This document shows, in pieces, positions 1 to 11,741 of a stretch of 64,000 nt of DNA (its first letter is position 1; each line of letters starts with the position of its first letter). Origin of the DNA: Malacoraja senta (taxonomy: Eukaryota); contig CM075995.1 in the NCBI GenBank assembly GCA_038087875.1, forward strand, positions 9,178,001-9,242,000, written 5' to 3'. The notes under the pieces are model-generated. The model searched no databases and was not told the origin of the DNA. It worked only from the letters and a program-made list of their open reading frames with translations. Made by a program: the position numbers and the translations under genes.

Positions 1-300
1 TCTAGGACCAGAGGGCACAGTCTCAGAATTAAAGGATGTTCTTTTAGGAAGGAGATGAGAAGAAATGTCTTTAGTCAGAGGGCGGTGAATGTGTGAGATT
101 AATTTCCACAGAAGGCTGTGGAGGCCAAGTCAGTGGATATTTTTAAGGCAGAGATAGATAGATTCTTGATTAGTACGGGTGTCAGGGGTTATGGGGAGAA
201 GGCAGGAGAATGGGGTTTGGAGGGAGAGATAGATCAGCCGTGACCGAATGGCGGAGTAGACTTGATGGGACGAATGGCTTAATTTTACTCCTGTACATGA
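1..300 (+). mobile_element. CR1/HER1-like LINE 3' fragment
   Basis: Encodes 'SRTRGHSLRIKG..FR.EMRRN.FSQR.VN.W' and carries the family 3' tail. Confidence 0.8.
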
Positions 301-435
301 ACTTAGATAATCAGAGACAGCGTAGAACTTAGATAATCAGAGACGGTGTGGAAACCGACCAGCGATCCCTCATACACTAGCTCTATCACTACGCACCAGG
401 GATAATGTACAGAAGCTAATTAACCTCTAAACCCG

Positions 436-844
436 AAAGTAGATAAAAGTGCTGGAGAAACTCAGCGGGTGCGGTAGCATCTATGGAGCGAAGGAAATGG
501 GCGACGTTTCGGGCCGAAACCCTGAAGGAAATAGGCAAAGTTTCGGGCCGAAACCCTGAAGGAAATAGGTGACGTTTCGGGCCGAAACCCTGAAGGAAAT
601 AGGCAAAGTTTCGGGCCGAAACCCTGAAGGAAATAGGCTACGTTTCGGACCGAAACCCTGAAGGAAATAGGCGACGTTTCGGACCGAAACCCTGAAGGAA
701 ATAGGCAACGTTTCGGGCCGAAACCCTTCCGGGTTTCGGCCCGAAACGTTGCCTATTTCCTTCGCTCCATAGATGCTGCTGCACCCGCTGAGTTTCTCCA
801 GCACTTTTGTCTACCTTCGATTTTACAGCATCTGCAGTTCCTCC
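436..844. mobile_element. Foldback non-autonomous Penelope-like terminal-repeat element with internal tandem array
   Basis: Inverted arms match the ends of the GIY-YIG elements. Flanked by direct repeat TTAACCTCTAAACCCG (420-435, 845-860). Confidence 0.8.
490..727 (+). repeat. 7 x 34-bp tandem repeat GAAGGAAATAGGCAACGTTTCGGGCCGAAACCCT
   Basis: Counted directly; head-to-tail with no spacers. Confidence 0.92.
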
Positions 845-1534
845 TTAACCTCTAAACCCGCACGTCTTTCGCTAGGCACAGAATGCTCGTGTCCCGACTA
901 CTCCTTTGACTCTGTCTAGGGACCCCGACACTCTTTTCCAGGTGAGGCAGAGGTTCACTTGCCCCTCCTCCAACCTGTATCCACTGTATCCACTGTTCCA
1001 GGTGTGGGCTCTGGTACATCGGCGAGACCAAGCGCTGGCTCGGCGATCGTTTCGTTGAACACCTTTGCTCCTAGAACTTATGGCCAGCGACCTCCCCCTA
1101 CACTTGCACTATCCTGCACACACCCGGGACAGTTTACAACTTGCCCAAGCCAATTGGTCTCCGAAGCCTGCACGTCCCTGGAATGTGGAAGGTCACGTAC
1201 AAACTCCATACAGACAGCACCCGTAGTCGGGATCGAACCCGGGTCTCTGGTGCTGTGAGGCAGCAACTCTACCGCTGCGCCGCGATGCCACCCTGTGTTT
1301 GCTGCGGATAGTTTAGATAATAGACAATAGGTGCAGGAGTAGGCCAATCGGCCCTTCGGCCCCTCGAGCCAGCACCGCCATTCAATGTGATCATGGCTGA
1401 CCGTCCCCAATCAGTACCCCGTTCCTGCCTTCTCCCCCATATCCCCTGACTCCGCTATCTTTAAGCCCTATCAAACTTTACTATACGCTTTCTGAAACGG
1501 TAGCTAAACGTGTACATTTTTTTTAACCTTGAAG

Positions 1535-1587
1535 GACTGCCGAAGATTTCTCAACCGACTGAACGCAAGCCTTTTGAATAAAAGAAG
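1535..1587 (+). CDS. SYCP2L: SYCP2L-like internal coding exon (DCRRFLNRLNASLLNKR)
   Basis: ttgaag|GAC...AAG|gtagg; 53 nt, phase 0 to 2. Resembles the 'DCRIFLN..N..L.D.RR' segment of SYCP2/SYCP2L. Upstream exons lie outside the window. Confidence 0.85.
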
Positions 1588-3220
1588 GTAGGAGCATGTT
1601 TTATTTGCACTGAAAGATATTTACGTTAAAAATACATCCCATACTGCTATGATGAACATAAAAAAACTATAGTCTTCCCTCTCCCACCAGGCTAGTGGTA
1701 CAGAAGTGTGAAAACGAACGCACACACCTCCAGATTCAGGGACAGTTTCTTCCCAGCTGTTATCAGGCAACTGATCCATTCTACCACAAGAGGGCTCCTG
1801 AGCTACTATCTACCTCATTGGTGACCCTCAGACTATCTACAATTACTGGACCTTATCTTGAACTAAATATTGTTCCCTTTATCATGTATATGTACACACT
1901 GTGGACAATAGACAATAGGTGCAGGAGTAGGCCATTCGGCCCTTCAAGCCAGCACCGCCATTCAATGTGATCATGGCTGATCATCCCCAATCAGTACCCC
2001 GTTCCTGCCTTCTCCCCATATCCCCTGACTCTGCTATTTTTAAGAGCCCTATCTAGCTCTCTCTTGAAAGCATCCAGAGAACCTGCCTCCACCGCCCTCT
2101 GAGGCAGAGAATTCCAGACTCACAACTCTCTGAGAAAAAGTGTTTCCTCGTCTCCGTTCTAAATGACTTGCCCCTTATTCTTAAACTGTGGCCCCTGGTT
2201 CTGGACTCCCCCAACATCGGGAACATGTTTCTTGCCTCTAGGGTGTCCAAACCTTAATAATCTTATATGTTTCAATAAGATTCCCTCTCATCCTTCTAAA
2301 CTCCAGAGTATGCACACTGGGCCTGTACTCACTGGAGTTTAGAAGGATGAAGGGACACCTCATTGAAACTTACTGAATAGTGAAAGGCCTGGATAGAGTG
2401 GATGTGGAGAGGATGTTTCCACTAGTGGGAGAGTCTAGGACCAGAGGTCACAGCCTCAAAATAAAGGACCTTCCTTTAGGAAGGAGATGAGGAGGAATTT
2501 GTTTAGTCAGAGGGTGGTGAATCTGGAATTCTTTGCCACAAAAGGCTGTGGAGGCCAAGTCAGTGGATATTTTTAAGGCAGAGATAGATTCTTGATTAGT
2601 ACGGAGTGTCAGATGTTTTGGGGAGAAGGCTGGAGAATGGGTTTAGGAGGGAGAGGTAGATGGGCCTTGATTCACAGTTTAAGAATAAGGGGTAAGCTAT
2701 TTAGAACGGAGACGAGGAAACACTTTCTCACAGAGAGTGGTGAGTCTGTGGAATTCTCTGCCTCAGATGGCTGGTTCTCTGGATACTTTCAGAAGAGCTA
2801 GATAGGGCTCTTAAAGATAGCGGAGTCAGGGGATATGGGGAGAAGGCAGGAACGGGGTACTGATTGGGGATGATCAGCCATGATCACATTGAATGGCGGT
2901 GCTGTCTCGAAGGGCTGAATGGCCAATTCCTGCACCTATTGTCTATTTATTGATTGAATGGCAGAGTTGACTTGATGGGCCGAATGGCCTAATTCTGCTC
3001 CTATCACTAATGATCTTATGAACCCGTGTCTCCGGCGCTGTAAGGTGGTGACTCTAGTGCTGTGCCACCTTGTAAAGAATTTGCTCAATAGCAAATTGGT
3101 TCTAGTTTAGACTTTGGATGACTTTTATTACAAATTATAAAATCCGACTTGTATGAGAATTAGACCACTGGGGAGCAGGCAGGGTACGTTATGTTCTGAA
3201 CTTGCTTATTTAATCTTGCA

Positions 3221-3399
3221 GGTAGACACAAAATGCTGCGGTAACTCAGCGGGACAGGCAGCAAGCATCTCTGGAGAGAAGGGTCTCCACCCGAAACGTC
3301 ACCCATTCCTTCTCTCCAGCGATGCTGCCTGTCCTGCTGAGTTACTCCAGCATTTTGGGTCTACCTTCGATTTTAACCAGCATCTGCAGTTCTTTCTTA
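3221..3399. mobile_element. Short foldback Penelope-like terminal-repeat element
   Basis: Inverted arms; imperfect TSD CTTATTTAATCTTGCA / CTTATTTAATTTTTGCA. Confidence 0.7.
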
Positions 3400-3430
3400 C
3401 TTATTTAATTTTTGCATTTTATTTTTGCAG

Positions 3431-3476
3431 GGTCTACACTTATCCCTGTAACTCCGCCTTCCTAGATCTGAATGAG
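3431..3476 (+). CDS. SYCP2L: SYCP2L-like exon (R-VYTYPCNSAFLDLNE)
   Basis: tttttgcag|G...GAG|gtaaga; 46 nt, phase 2 to 0, continuous with the flanking exons. Matches 'RV(F/Y)(T/S)FPC..AF.D..E'. Confidence 0.9.
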
Positions 3477-3890
3477 GTAAGAAAGCTTTGTCATCTTTCA
3501 AGAATCTGGTGTCATTAAAGTTGTGGGGCCCATGGTGGAACAACGGTAGAGCTGCTGCCTCACAGCGCCAGAGACTCTGGTTTGATCCTGACTACGGGCG
3601 CTGTCTGTACTGAGTTTGTACGTTCTCCCCGTGACCTGCGTGGGTTTTTCTCCCAGATCTTTGGTTTCCTCCCACACTCCAAAGACGTGCAGGATTGTAG
3701 GTTAATTGGCTTGGTATCATTGTAACTTGTACCCTAGTGTGTGTGTAGGATAGTGTTAATGCAGCACGGAAACAGGCCCTTTGGCCCACTGGGTCCGCGC
3801 CGACCAGCGATCCCCACACACTAAAACTATCCTACACCCACTAGGGACAATTTTTACATTTACGCCAAGCCAATCAACCTACAAACCTGT

Positions 3891-5185
3891 TAAAGAAGGA
3901 ACTGCAGATGCTGGAAAATGAAAGGTACACAAAAATGCTGGAGAAACTCAGCGGGTGCAGCAGCATCTATGGAGCGAAGGAAATAGGCAACATTTCGGGC
4001 CGAAACCCTTCTTCAGACTGATAGGGGGTGGGGAGAAGAAAGGAAAAAAGGTGGAGGAGGAGCCCGAGGGCTGGGGGAGGGGAGGAGACAACCAGAGGGC
4101 TGATGAAGGGGAGGCGACAGCAAGGGCTAGCAGAATTGGGAGAATTCAATGTTCAAGCCCCCAGGATGTAGACTGCCCAAGCGGAATATGAGGTGCATTT
4201 CCTCCAATTTCCAGTGTTGCTCGCTGTGGCCATGGAGGAGACCCAGGACAGAGAGGTCAGATATGGAATGGGAGGGGGAGTTGAAGTGCTGAGCCACCCG
4301 GAGTTCAGGTTGGTTATTGCGGACCGACCGGAGGTGTTCGGCGAAACGATCGCCAAGCCTCCGCTTGGTCTCACCGATGTAGATCAGCTGACATCTAGAG
4401 CGGCGGATGCAATAGATGAGGTTGGAGGAGATGCAGGTGAACCTCTGTCGCACCTGGAACAACTGCTTAGGTCCTTGAATGGAGTCGAGGGGGGAGGTGA
4501 AGGGACAAGTGTTGCATCTCTTGCGGTTGCAAGGGAAAGTACCCGGGGAGGGGGTGGTACGGGTACTTTCCCATGCCACCGCAAGAGATGCAACACTTGT
4601 CCATTCACCTCCCCCCTCGACTCCATTCAAGGACCTAAGCAGTCATTCCAGGTGCGACAGAGGTTCACCTGCATCTCCTCCAACCTCATCTATTGCATTC
4701 GCTGCTCTAGATGCCAGCTGATCTACATCGGTGAGACCAAGCGGAGGCTTGGCGATCGTTTCGCCGAACACCTCCGGTCGGTCCGCAATAACCAACCTGA
4801 CCTCCGGGTGGCTCAGCACTTCAACTCCCCCTCCCATTCCGTATCTGACCTCTCTGTCCTGGGTCTTCTCCATGGCCACAGCGAGCAACACCGGAAGTTG
4901 GAGGAAATGCACCTCATATTCCGCTTGGGCAGTCTACATCCTGGTGGCCTGAACATTGAATTCTCCCAATTCTGCTAGCCCTTGCTGTCCCCTCCCCTTC
5001 ATCAGCCCTCTGGTTGTCTCCTCCCCTCCCCCAGCCCTCGGGCTCCTCCTCCGCCTTTTTTCCTTTTTTCCTTTCTTCTCCCCACCCCCTATCAGTCTGA
5101 AGAAGGGTTTCGGCCCGAAACGTTGCCTATTTCCTTCGCTCCATAGATGCTGTTGCACCCGCTGAGTTTCTCCAGCATTTTTGTG
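3891..5185. mobile_element. Palindromic Penelope-like retroelement: two inverted GIY-YIG endonuclease 3' segments
   Basis: ORFs 4127-4630(-) and the 3' part of 4193-4978(+) both encode Cx4CxxC plus 'LIYCIRC..C.LIYIGETKRRL..RF.EH'. TSD AACCTACAAACCTGT (3876-3890, 5186-5200). Confidence 0.9.
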
Positions 5186-6240
5186 AACCTACAAACCTGT
5201 ACGTTTTTGGAATGTGGGAAGAAACCGAAGATCTCGGAGAAATCTCACGCAGGTCATGGGGAGAACGTACAAACTCCGTACAGACAGCCCCCGTAGTTGG
5301 GATTGAACCCGGGTCTCCGGTGGTGCATTCGCTGTAAGGCAGCAACTCTACCGCTGTGCCACCGTAACCGCCCTAAATGTGCGAGGATTGATGGTCGGCG
5401 CGGACTAGGTGGGCCGAAGGGCCTGTTTCTGCCCTGTGTCTCTAAACTAGTGTAGAAGCTGGAAAGGGTGCAGGGTTTGTTTAGAAGGACGTTGCCTGGA
5501 CTCGGACCTGAGCTACAGTGAATAGTTGAGCAGGCTAGGACTCCCTTCCTTGGAGTGCAGAAGGATGGGTGCTGATCTTATAGAGGTGTAACTTCCCCAA
5601 AGGTATTATTCTTTTAAGAATAAGGCGTCGGCCATTTAGAACGGAGATGAGGGGAAAAAAATGTCACCCAGAGAGTTGTGAATCTGTGGAATTCTCTGCC
5701 TCAGAAGGCAGTGGAGGCCAATTCTCTGGATGCTTTCAAGAGAGCTAGATGGGGCTCTTGAAGATAGCGGAGTCAGGGGATATGGGGAGAAGGCAGGAAC
5801 GGGGTACTGATTGTGGATGATCAGCCATGATCACATTGAATGGCGGTGCTGGCTTGAAGGGCCGAATGGCCTACTCCTTCACCTATTGTCTATTGTGTAC
5901 AAAATCATGAGTGGAGTTGACCAAGTAATTGCCCAGAGTAGTGGAATCGCGGACCAGAGGACAAAGGTTTAAGGTGTAGGTGGGAAAGATTGAATAGGAA
6001 CCTGGGGGATAATTTTTTTCACACAAAGGGCGGTGAGTTGCCAGTGGAGGTGGTTGAGGCAGGGACTATCACAATGTGTAAGAAACATTTGGACAGGTAC
6101 ATGGATAGGACCGGTTGAGAGGGATATTGGCCAAATGCAGGCAGGTGGGACTAGTGTAGATGGGGCACCATGTTGGTTGATGGGCCAAAGGGCCTGATTT
6201 GTGAGCAATTGCTCGACTTTCATCTTGGTTGACTTTGCAG

Positions 6241-6342
6241 TTGAAGATGCCAGCAGATGATAAACTGGAGAACTTCTGGATTGACTTCAACTTGGGCAGT
6301 CACAGTGTGACGTTCTTCATCAAGGATGATCACGATGCTGAG
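6241..6342 (+). CDS. SYCP2L: SYCP2L-like exon ([34 protein letters not shown])
   Basis: ctttgcag|TTG...GAG|gtgaga; 102 nt, phase 0 to 0. Contains the diagnostic SYCP2-family '[14 protein letters not shown]' motif. Confidence 0.93.
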
Positions 6343-7437
6343 GTGAGAACATATCTATTCTATCAGAAGTCACAGAGTGATACAGTGTGGAAACAGGCCC
6401 TTCGGCCCAACCTGTCCACACCGGCCAACATGTCCCAGCTGCACCAGTCCCACCTGCCTGCGTTTGGTCCACATCCCTCCATACCTGTCCTATCAATGTA
6501 CCTATATTGATACTCAATAGACAATAGACAATAGGTGCAGGAGTAGGCCATTCGGCCCTTCATAGAAACATAGAAACATAGAAAATAGGTGCAGGAGTAG
6601 ACCATTCGGCCCTTCGAGCCTGCACCGCCATTCAATACGATCATGGCTGATCATCCAACTCGGTATCCTGTACCTGCCTTCTCTCCATACCCCCTGATCC
6701 CTTTAGCCGCAAGGGCCACATCTAACTCCCTCTTAAACATAGCCAATGAACTGGCCTCAACTACCTTCTGTGGCAGAGAGTTCCACAGATTCACCACTCT
6801 CTGTGTGAAAAATGATTTTCTCATCTCGGTCCTAAAAGACTTCCCCCTTATCCTTAAACTGTGACCCCTTGTTCTGGACTTCCCCAACATCTGGAACAAT
6901 CTTCCTGTTCAACCCCTTAAGAATTTTGTAAGTTTCTATAAGATTCCCCCCTCAAACTTCCAAGCCAGCACCGCCATTCAATGTGATCATGGCATACTCC
7001 CAGTCTCGACTACCTCCTCTGGCAGCTCGTTCCATGCACCCACCACCCTTCGTGTGAAAATGTTGCCCCTCAGATTCCTATTCAACCTTTCCCCCCTTCA
7101 CCTTGAACCTGTGTCCTCTGGTCCTCGATTCCCCTACTCTGGGCAAGAGACTCTGTGCATCTACCCGATCTATTCCTCTCATGATTTAATACGCCTCTAT
7201 AAGATCTCCCCTCAAGTTATTTCATTGTATATTCGAGAGAGTTAGATTTAACTGTTAGGGCTAACGGGACCAAGGGATATGGGGAGAAGGCAGGAACGGG
7301 GTACTGATTGGGGATGATCAGCCATGATCACATTGAATGGCGGTGCTGGCTCAAAGGGCTGAATGGCCTACTCCTGCACCTATTGTCTATGTTTCTATTA
7401 CTTGTTGAAAGCCACGTTTGAGCTCGCTTCTTCAACA

Positions 7438-7647
7438 GGGCGGCACGGTGGCTCAGTGGGTAGAGTCGCTGTTTTACAGCGCCAGAGACCCGGGTTCGAT
7501 CCTGACTACGGGCGCTGTCTGTAAGGAGTTTGTACGTTCTCCCCGTGACCTGCTTGGGTTTTCTCCGAGATCTCCAGTTTCCTCCCACACTCCAAAGACG
7601 TACGGGTTTGTAGGTCAATTGGCTTGGTGTAAATGTGAAATTGTCCC

Positions 7648-7695
<48 letters not shown>

Positions 7696-7706
7696 GGGTA
7701 GCGTTA
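7438..7706 (+). mobile_element. tRNA-derived V-SINE (HE1-like) containing (GT)n at about 7649-7693
   Basis: A-box-like TGGCTCAGTGG, B-box GGTTCGATCC and V-domain 'TTCTCCCCGTG...GTTTCCTCCCACACTCCAAAGAC'. Many further copies occur in the window. Confidence 0.85.
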
Positions 7707-8106
7707 ATAGACAATAGACAATAGGTGCAGGAGTAGGCCATCTGGCCCTTCGAGCCAGCACCGACCGCCATTCAATGTGATCATGGCTGATCATCCCCAT
7801 TCAGTACCCCGTTCCTGCCTTCTCCCCATATCCCCTGACTCCGCTATTTTCAAGAGCCCTATCTAGCTCTCTCTTGAAAACATCCAGAGAACCTGCCTCC
7901 ACCGCCCTCTGAGGCAGAGAATCCCACAGACTCGCCACTCTCTGTGAGAAAAGGTGTTTCCTCGTCTCCGTTCTAAGAACTCCGTTCTAAGTAATGTGCG
8001 GGGATCGGCGTGGGCCGAAGGGCCTCTTCCTGTGCTGTATCTCTAAACTAAACTAAAATCACTACAAGGTAGTGGAGAGAGGTTAAAAAAGCAAGACTAA
8101 GGAGAT

Positions 8107-8310
8107 GGAGAAACTCAGCGGGTGCGGCAGCATCTATGGAGCGAAGGAAATAGGCAAGGTTTCGGCTCGAAACGTTGCCTATTTCCATAAGGGATTCGTC
8201 CCGAAACGTTGCCTATTTCCTTCGCTCCATAGATGCTGCCGCACCCACTGAGTTTCTCCAGCACTTTTGTCTACCTTTGGATTTTCCAGCATCTGCAGTT
8301 CCTTCTTAAA
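8107..8310. mobile_element. Foldback Penelope-like terminal-repeat element
   Basis: Inverted arms; TSD CAAGACWAAGGAGAT (8092-8106, 8311-8325). Confidence 0.75.
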
Positions 8311-9606
8311 CAAGACAAAGGAGATAGTGATCGGCGTTAGGAAGTGAAGCGGCACATGTATCCCAGTATACGCTAGTCCCAAGTAGACATAGTTGAAGGC
8401 TACAGGTTCCCAGGAGTCAATATCACCAGCAACTTATCCTGGGCCACCCATATCAAACCAACGGCCAAGAACGCACACCAACGCCACCGTCGGCATGTCC
8501 CCCTACAACCCTCACCAACTTCTACAGATGCGCCGTCGAAAGCATTTTATCGGGATGCATCACGGCACGGTTTGGGAACAGCTCCATCCAAGACCGCAAG
8601 AGATTGCAGCGAATTGTGGACACAGCCCAGACCGTCGCACAAACCAACCTCCCTTCCATTGACTCTATCTACACTGACGGGTCTCTTTCCACTCAGGATG
8701 ACTTGGACAGGCTAGAGGCAGGAAGCATGTTCCAGGTGTTGGGGGAGTCCAGAACCAGGGGCCACACACAGTTTAAGAATAAGGGGTAAGCCATTTAGAA
8801 CGGGGACGAGGAAACACTTTTTCTCACAGAGAGTGGTGAGTCTGTGGAATCCTCTGCCTCAGAGGGCGGTGGAGGCAGGTTCTCTGGACGCTTTCAAGAG
8901 GGAGCTAGATAAGGCTCTTAAAGATAGCGGAGTCAGGGGATATGGGGAGAAGGCAGGAACGGGGTACTGATTGGGGATGATCAGCCATGATCGCATTGAA
9001 TGGCGGTGCTGGCTCGAAGGGCCGAATGGCCTACTCCTGCACCTATTGTCTATTGGCTCTATGACCACGGCTACTCTCTCGTTGTTGAGAGGATGGTTCA
9101 GTTGCCCGATAGCAGCTGGGAAGAAACTGTCCCCTGAATCTGGAGAAGCCTAACCAAGTGTCTTTAAAATGCTGCTGTAGCATCTGCCTCCACTACCCCA
9201 TCTGGCAGCTCGTTCTATGCTCCCACCATCCTTTTCACTATGGGTGCTGTCTGTGCAGAGTTTGCACGTTCTCCCTGCGACCATGTGGGTTCTCTCCGGG
9301 TGCTCCGATTTCCACCCACACTGCAAAGACTGACAGGCTTATAGGTTAATTGGCTTTTGTAAAAAAAATCGTAAATTGTCCCTAGTGTGCAGGGATCGGT
9401 GGTCGGCGTGGACTCGAGGGTCTGTGTTCTCTAAGTTAAACTCAGTGCAATTTTGGCTGGAGGTTCATAAGTGATAGGAGTGGAATTAGGCCATTCGGCC
9501 CATCAAGTCTACTATGCTATTCAATCATGGCTGATCTATCTCTCCCTCTCAACCCCATTCTCCTGCCTTCTCTCCATAACCCCTGACACCTGTATTAACC
9601 TGTTCT

Positions 9607-10289
9607 CCGCAGAGACCGCTCCCTCCGTAACTCCCTGGTCAATTCGTCCCTTCCCACCCAAACCACCCCCTCTCCGGATACTTTCCCTTGCAACCGCAGG
9701 AAATCCTACACTTGTCGCTTTACCCCCCCCCCCCCCCTTGACTCCATCCAAGGACCCAAGCCATCTTTCCAGGTGTGGCAGAGGTTCACCTGCACCTCCT
9801 CCAACCTCATCTATTGCATCCGCTGCTCTAGATGTCAGCTGCTCTACATCGGTGAGACCAAGCGTAGGCTTGGCGATCGTTTCGCCGAACACCTCCGCTC
9901 GGTTTGCTTTAACCAACCTGATCTCCCGGTGGCTCAGCACTTCAACTCCCCCTCCCATTCTGAATCCGACCTTTCTGTCCTGGGCCTCCTCCATGACCAG
10001 AGTGAGGCCCACTGTAAATTGGAGGAGCAGCACCTCATATTTTGCTTGGTTAGTTTGCACACCCCTGTGGTGTGAACATTGACTTCTTCAATTTCAAGTA
10101 GTCCCAGCTTTCCCCTCCCCTTTCCAGCTCTCCCTCAGCCCTCTGTCTCTGCCTCTTCCTTTCTTCTTCCCGCCCCCCCACCCCCACATAAGTCTGAAGA
10201 AGGGTCTCGACCCGAAACGTCACCCATTTCCTTCGCTCCAAAGATGCTGCCTCGCCTGCTGAGTTTCTCCAGCATTTTTGTCTACCTTG
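9607..10289 (+). mobile_element. 5'-truncated Penelope-like element (GIY-YIG plus terminal repeat)
   Basis: ORF 9773-10075 carries the GIY-YIG motif; TSD TTAACCTGTTCT (9595-9606, 10290-10301). Confidence 0.88.
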
Positions 10290-10362
10290 TTAACCTGTTC
10301 TAAGTTTGGTTTGAATTTCATAATTTAATTTTTTTCCCCTTATCTCTCTCTCTCTCCTCTAG

Positions 10363-10423
10363 AATGACCTCTGGGAAACAGTCAGCTTGTCATATGAAGC
10401 TGTCAAAACTTTTGTTGTGGAAG
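10363..10423 (+). CDS. SYCP2L: SYCP2L-like exon (NDLWETVSLSYEAVKTFVVE)
   Basis: Long pyrimidine tract, ctctag|AAT...GAAG|gtaata; 61 nt, phase 0 to 1. Resembles SYCP2L 'LWDSVTLPKEAV'. Confidence 0.88.
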
Positions 10424-10979
10424 GTAATAAAATACTTCTAGATACGCACATGTTGCCAGGGCTAGAGAGCCTGAGCTACAGGGAGAGGTTGAGCAGGCTG
10501 GGACTCGATTCCTTGGAGCGCAGACGGATGAGGGGTGATCTTATAGAGGTGTACAAAATCATGAGAGGAATAGATTGGGTAGACGCACAGAGTCTCCTGC
10601 CCAGAGTAGGGGAATCGAGGACCAGAGGACATGGGTTCAAGGTGAAGGGGTAAAGATTTAATAGGAACATGAGGGGTAACATTTTTGCACAGAGGGAATG
10701 AGCTGCTGGAGGAGGTAGTTGAGGCTGGGACTATCACAAAGTTTAAGAATCAATTAGACAGGCAGGTGCATAGGACAGGTTTGGAGGGACATGGGCCAAA
10801 TGCAGGCTGGTGGGACGGCATGGGCAAGTTGGGCCGATGGGCCTGGCTCCACGCTGTATGACAATGACTAACTGAAGTTCCTGTAAAACGTTATTCCAAT
10901 GTAAACAGACTGTATCCAGTTATTCAAACCAACTAGTCATATCACAGCTAAATACGCACAATATGGTCAATGCAAGTAA

Positions 10980-11418
10980 ACACACAGTGCTGGAGTAACT
11001 CAGCGGGTCAGGCAGCATCTGTGGAGCGAAGGAAATGGGCAAACTTTCGGGCCGAAACCCTGAAGGAAATAGGCAACGTTTCGGGCCGAAACCCGGAAGG
11101 GTTTCGGGCTGAAACGTTGCCTATTTCCTTCGCTCCATAGATGCTGCCGGAACATGGATAGGTGACGTTTCACAGAGTGCTGGAGTAACTCAGCGGGTCA
11201 GGCAGCATCTGTGGAGAACATGGATAGGTGACGTTTCACAGTGCTGGAGTAACTCAGCGGGTCAGGCAGCATCTGTGGAGAACATGGATAGGTGACGTTT
11301 CACAGAGTGCTGGAGTAACTCAGCGGGTCAGGCAGCATCTGTGGAGAACATGGATAGGTGACGTTTCACAGAGTGCTGGAGTAACTCAGTGGGTCAGGCA
11401 GCATCACTGGAGAACATG
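10980..11418 (+). repeat. Penelope-terminal-derived foldback plus ~4 tandem 66-bp units
   Basis: Unit CACAGAGTGCTGGAGTAACTCAGCGGGTCAGGCAGCATCTGTGGAGAACATGGATAGGTGACGTTT. Confidence 0.8.
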
Positions 11419-11592
11419 ATTTTATACACCTCTATAACATCACCCCTCAACCTCCTGCACTCCATGGAATAGAGTCCCAGCCTGCTCACTGTAGCTCAGG
11501 CCCTCGGGTCTTGGCAACATCTTGGTAAATCTTCTCTGCGCGTTTGTCAGCTCGATAACAGTTCCTAAACTGCCTTCTCTCCTAATCTGCAG

Positions 11593-11741
11593 ACGTAGTG
11601 AGCGCTACAATCCTCGTTATAACCTTGAAGGGAACACTGTTGGTCAACAAGAAGGAAGGCAAGAAGGTGAAAATATATTTTGACTCAACATTTGATATCC
11701 TGGAGGCCGCCATGCTGGTGTACGGCGTGGAAAAGATGCTG
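11593..11741 (+). CDS. SYCP2L: SYCP2L-like exon (D-VVSATILVITLKGTLLVNKKEGKKVKIYFDSTFDILEAAMLVYGVEKML)
   Basis: ctgcag|AC...CTG|gtacgt; 149 nt, phase 1 to 0. Matches the family 'I.LK.....K.EGK....YFD' segment. Confidence 0.9.

Noticed and set aside
490..727. CRISPR-like 34-bp palindromic repeats
   Set aside because: Units are contiguous with no unique spacers, no cas genes are present, and the context is a vertebrate retroelement.
4193..4978. 261-aa ORF as a domesticated nuclease gene
   Set aside because: Its N-terminal half is the antisense of the other palindrome arm; there is no RT, promoter or splice evidence.
7438..7510. tRNA genes
   Set aside because: The A/B boxes belong to SINE heads that continue into the V-domain; I could not fold a complete cloverleaf.
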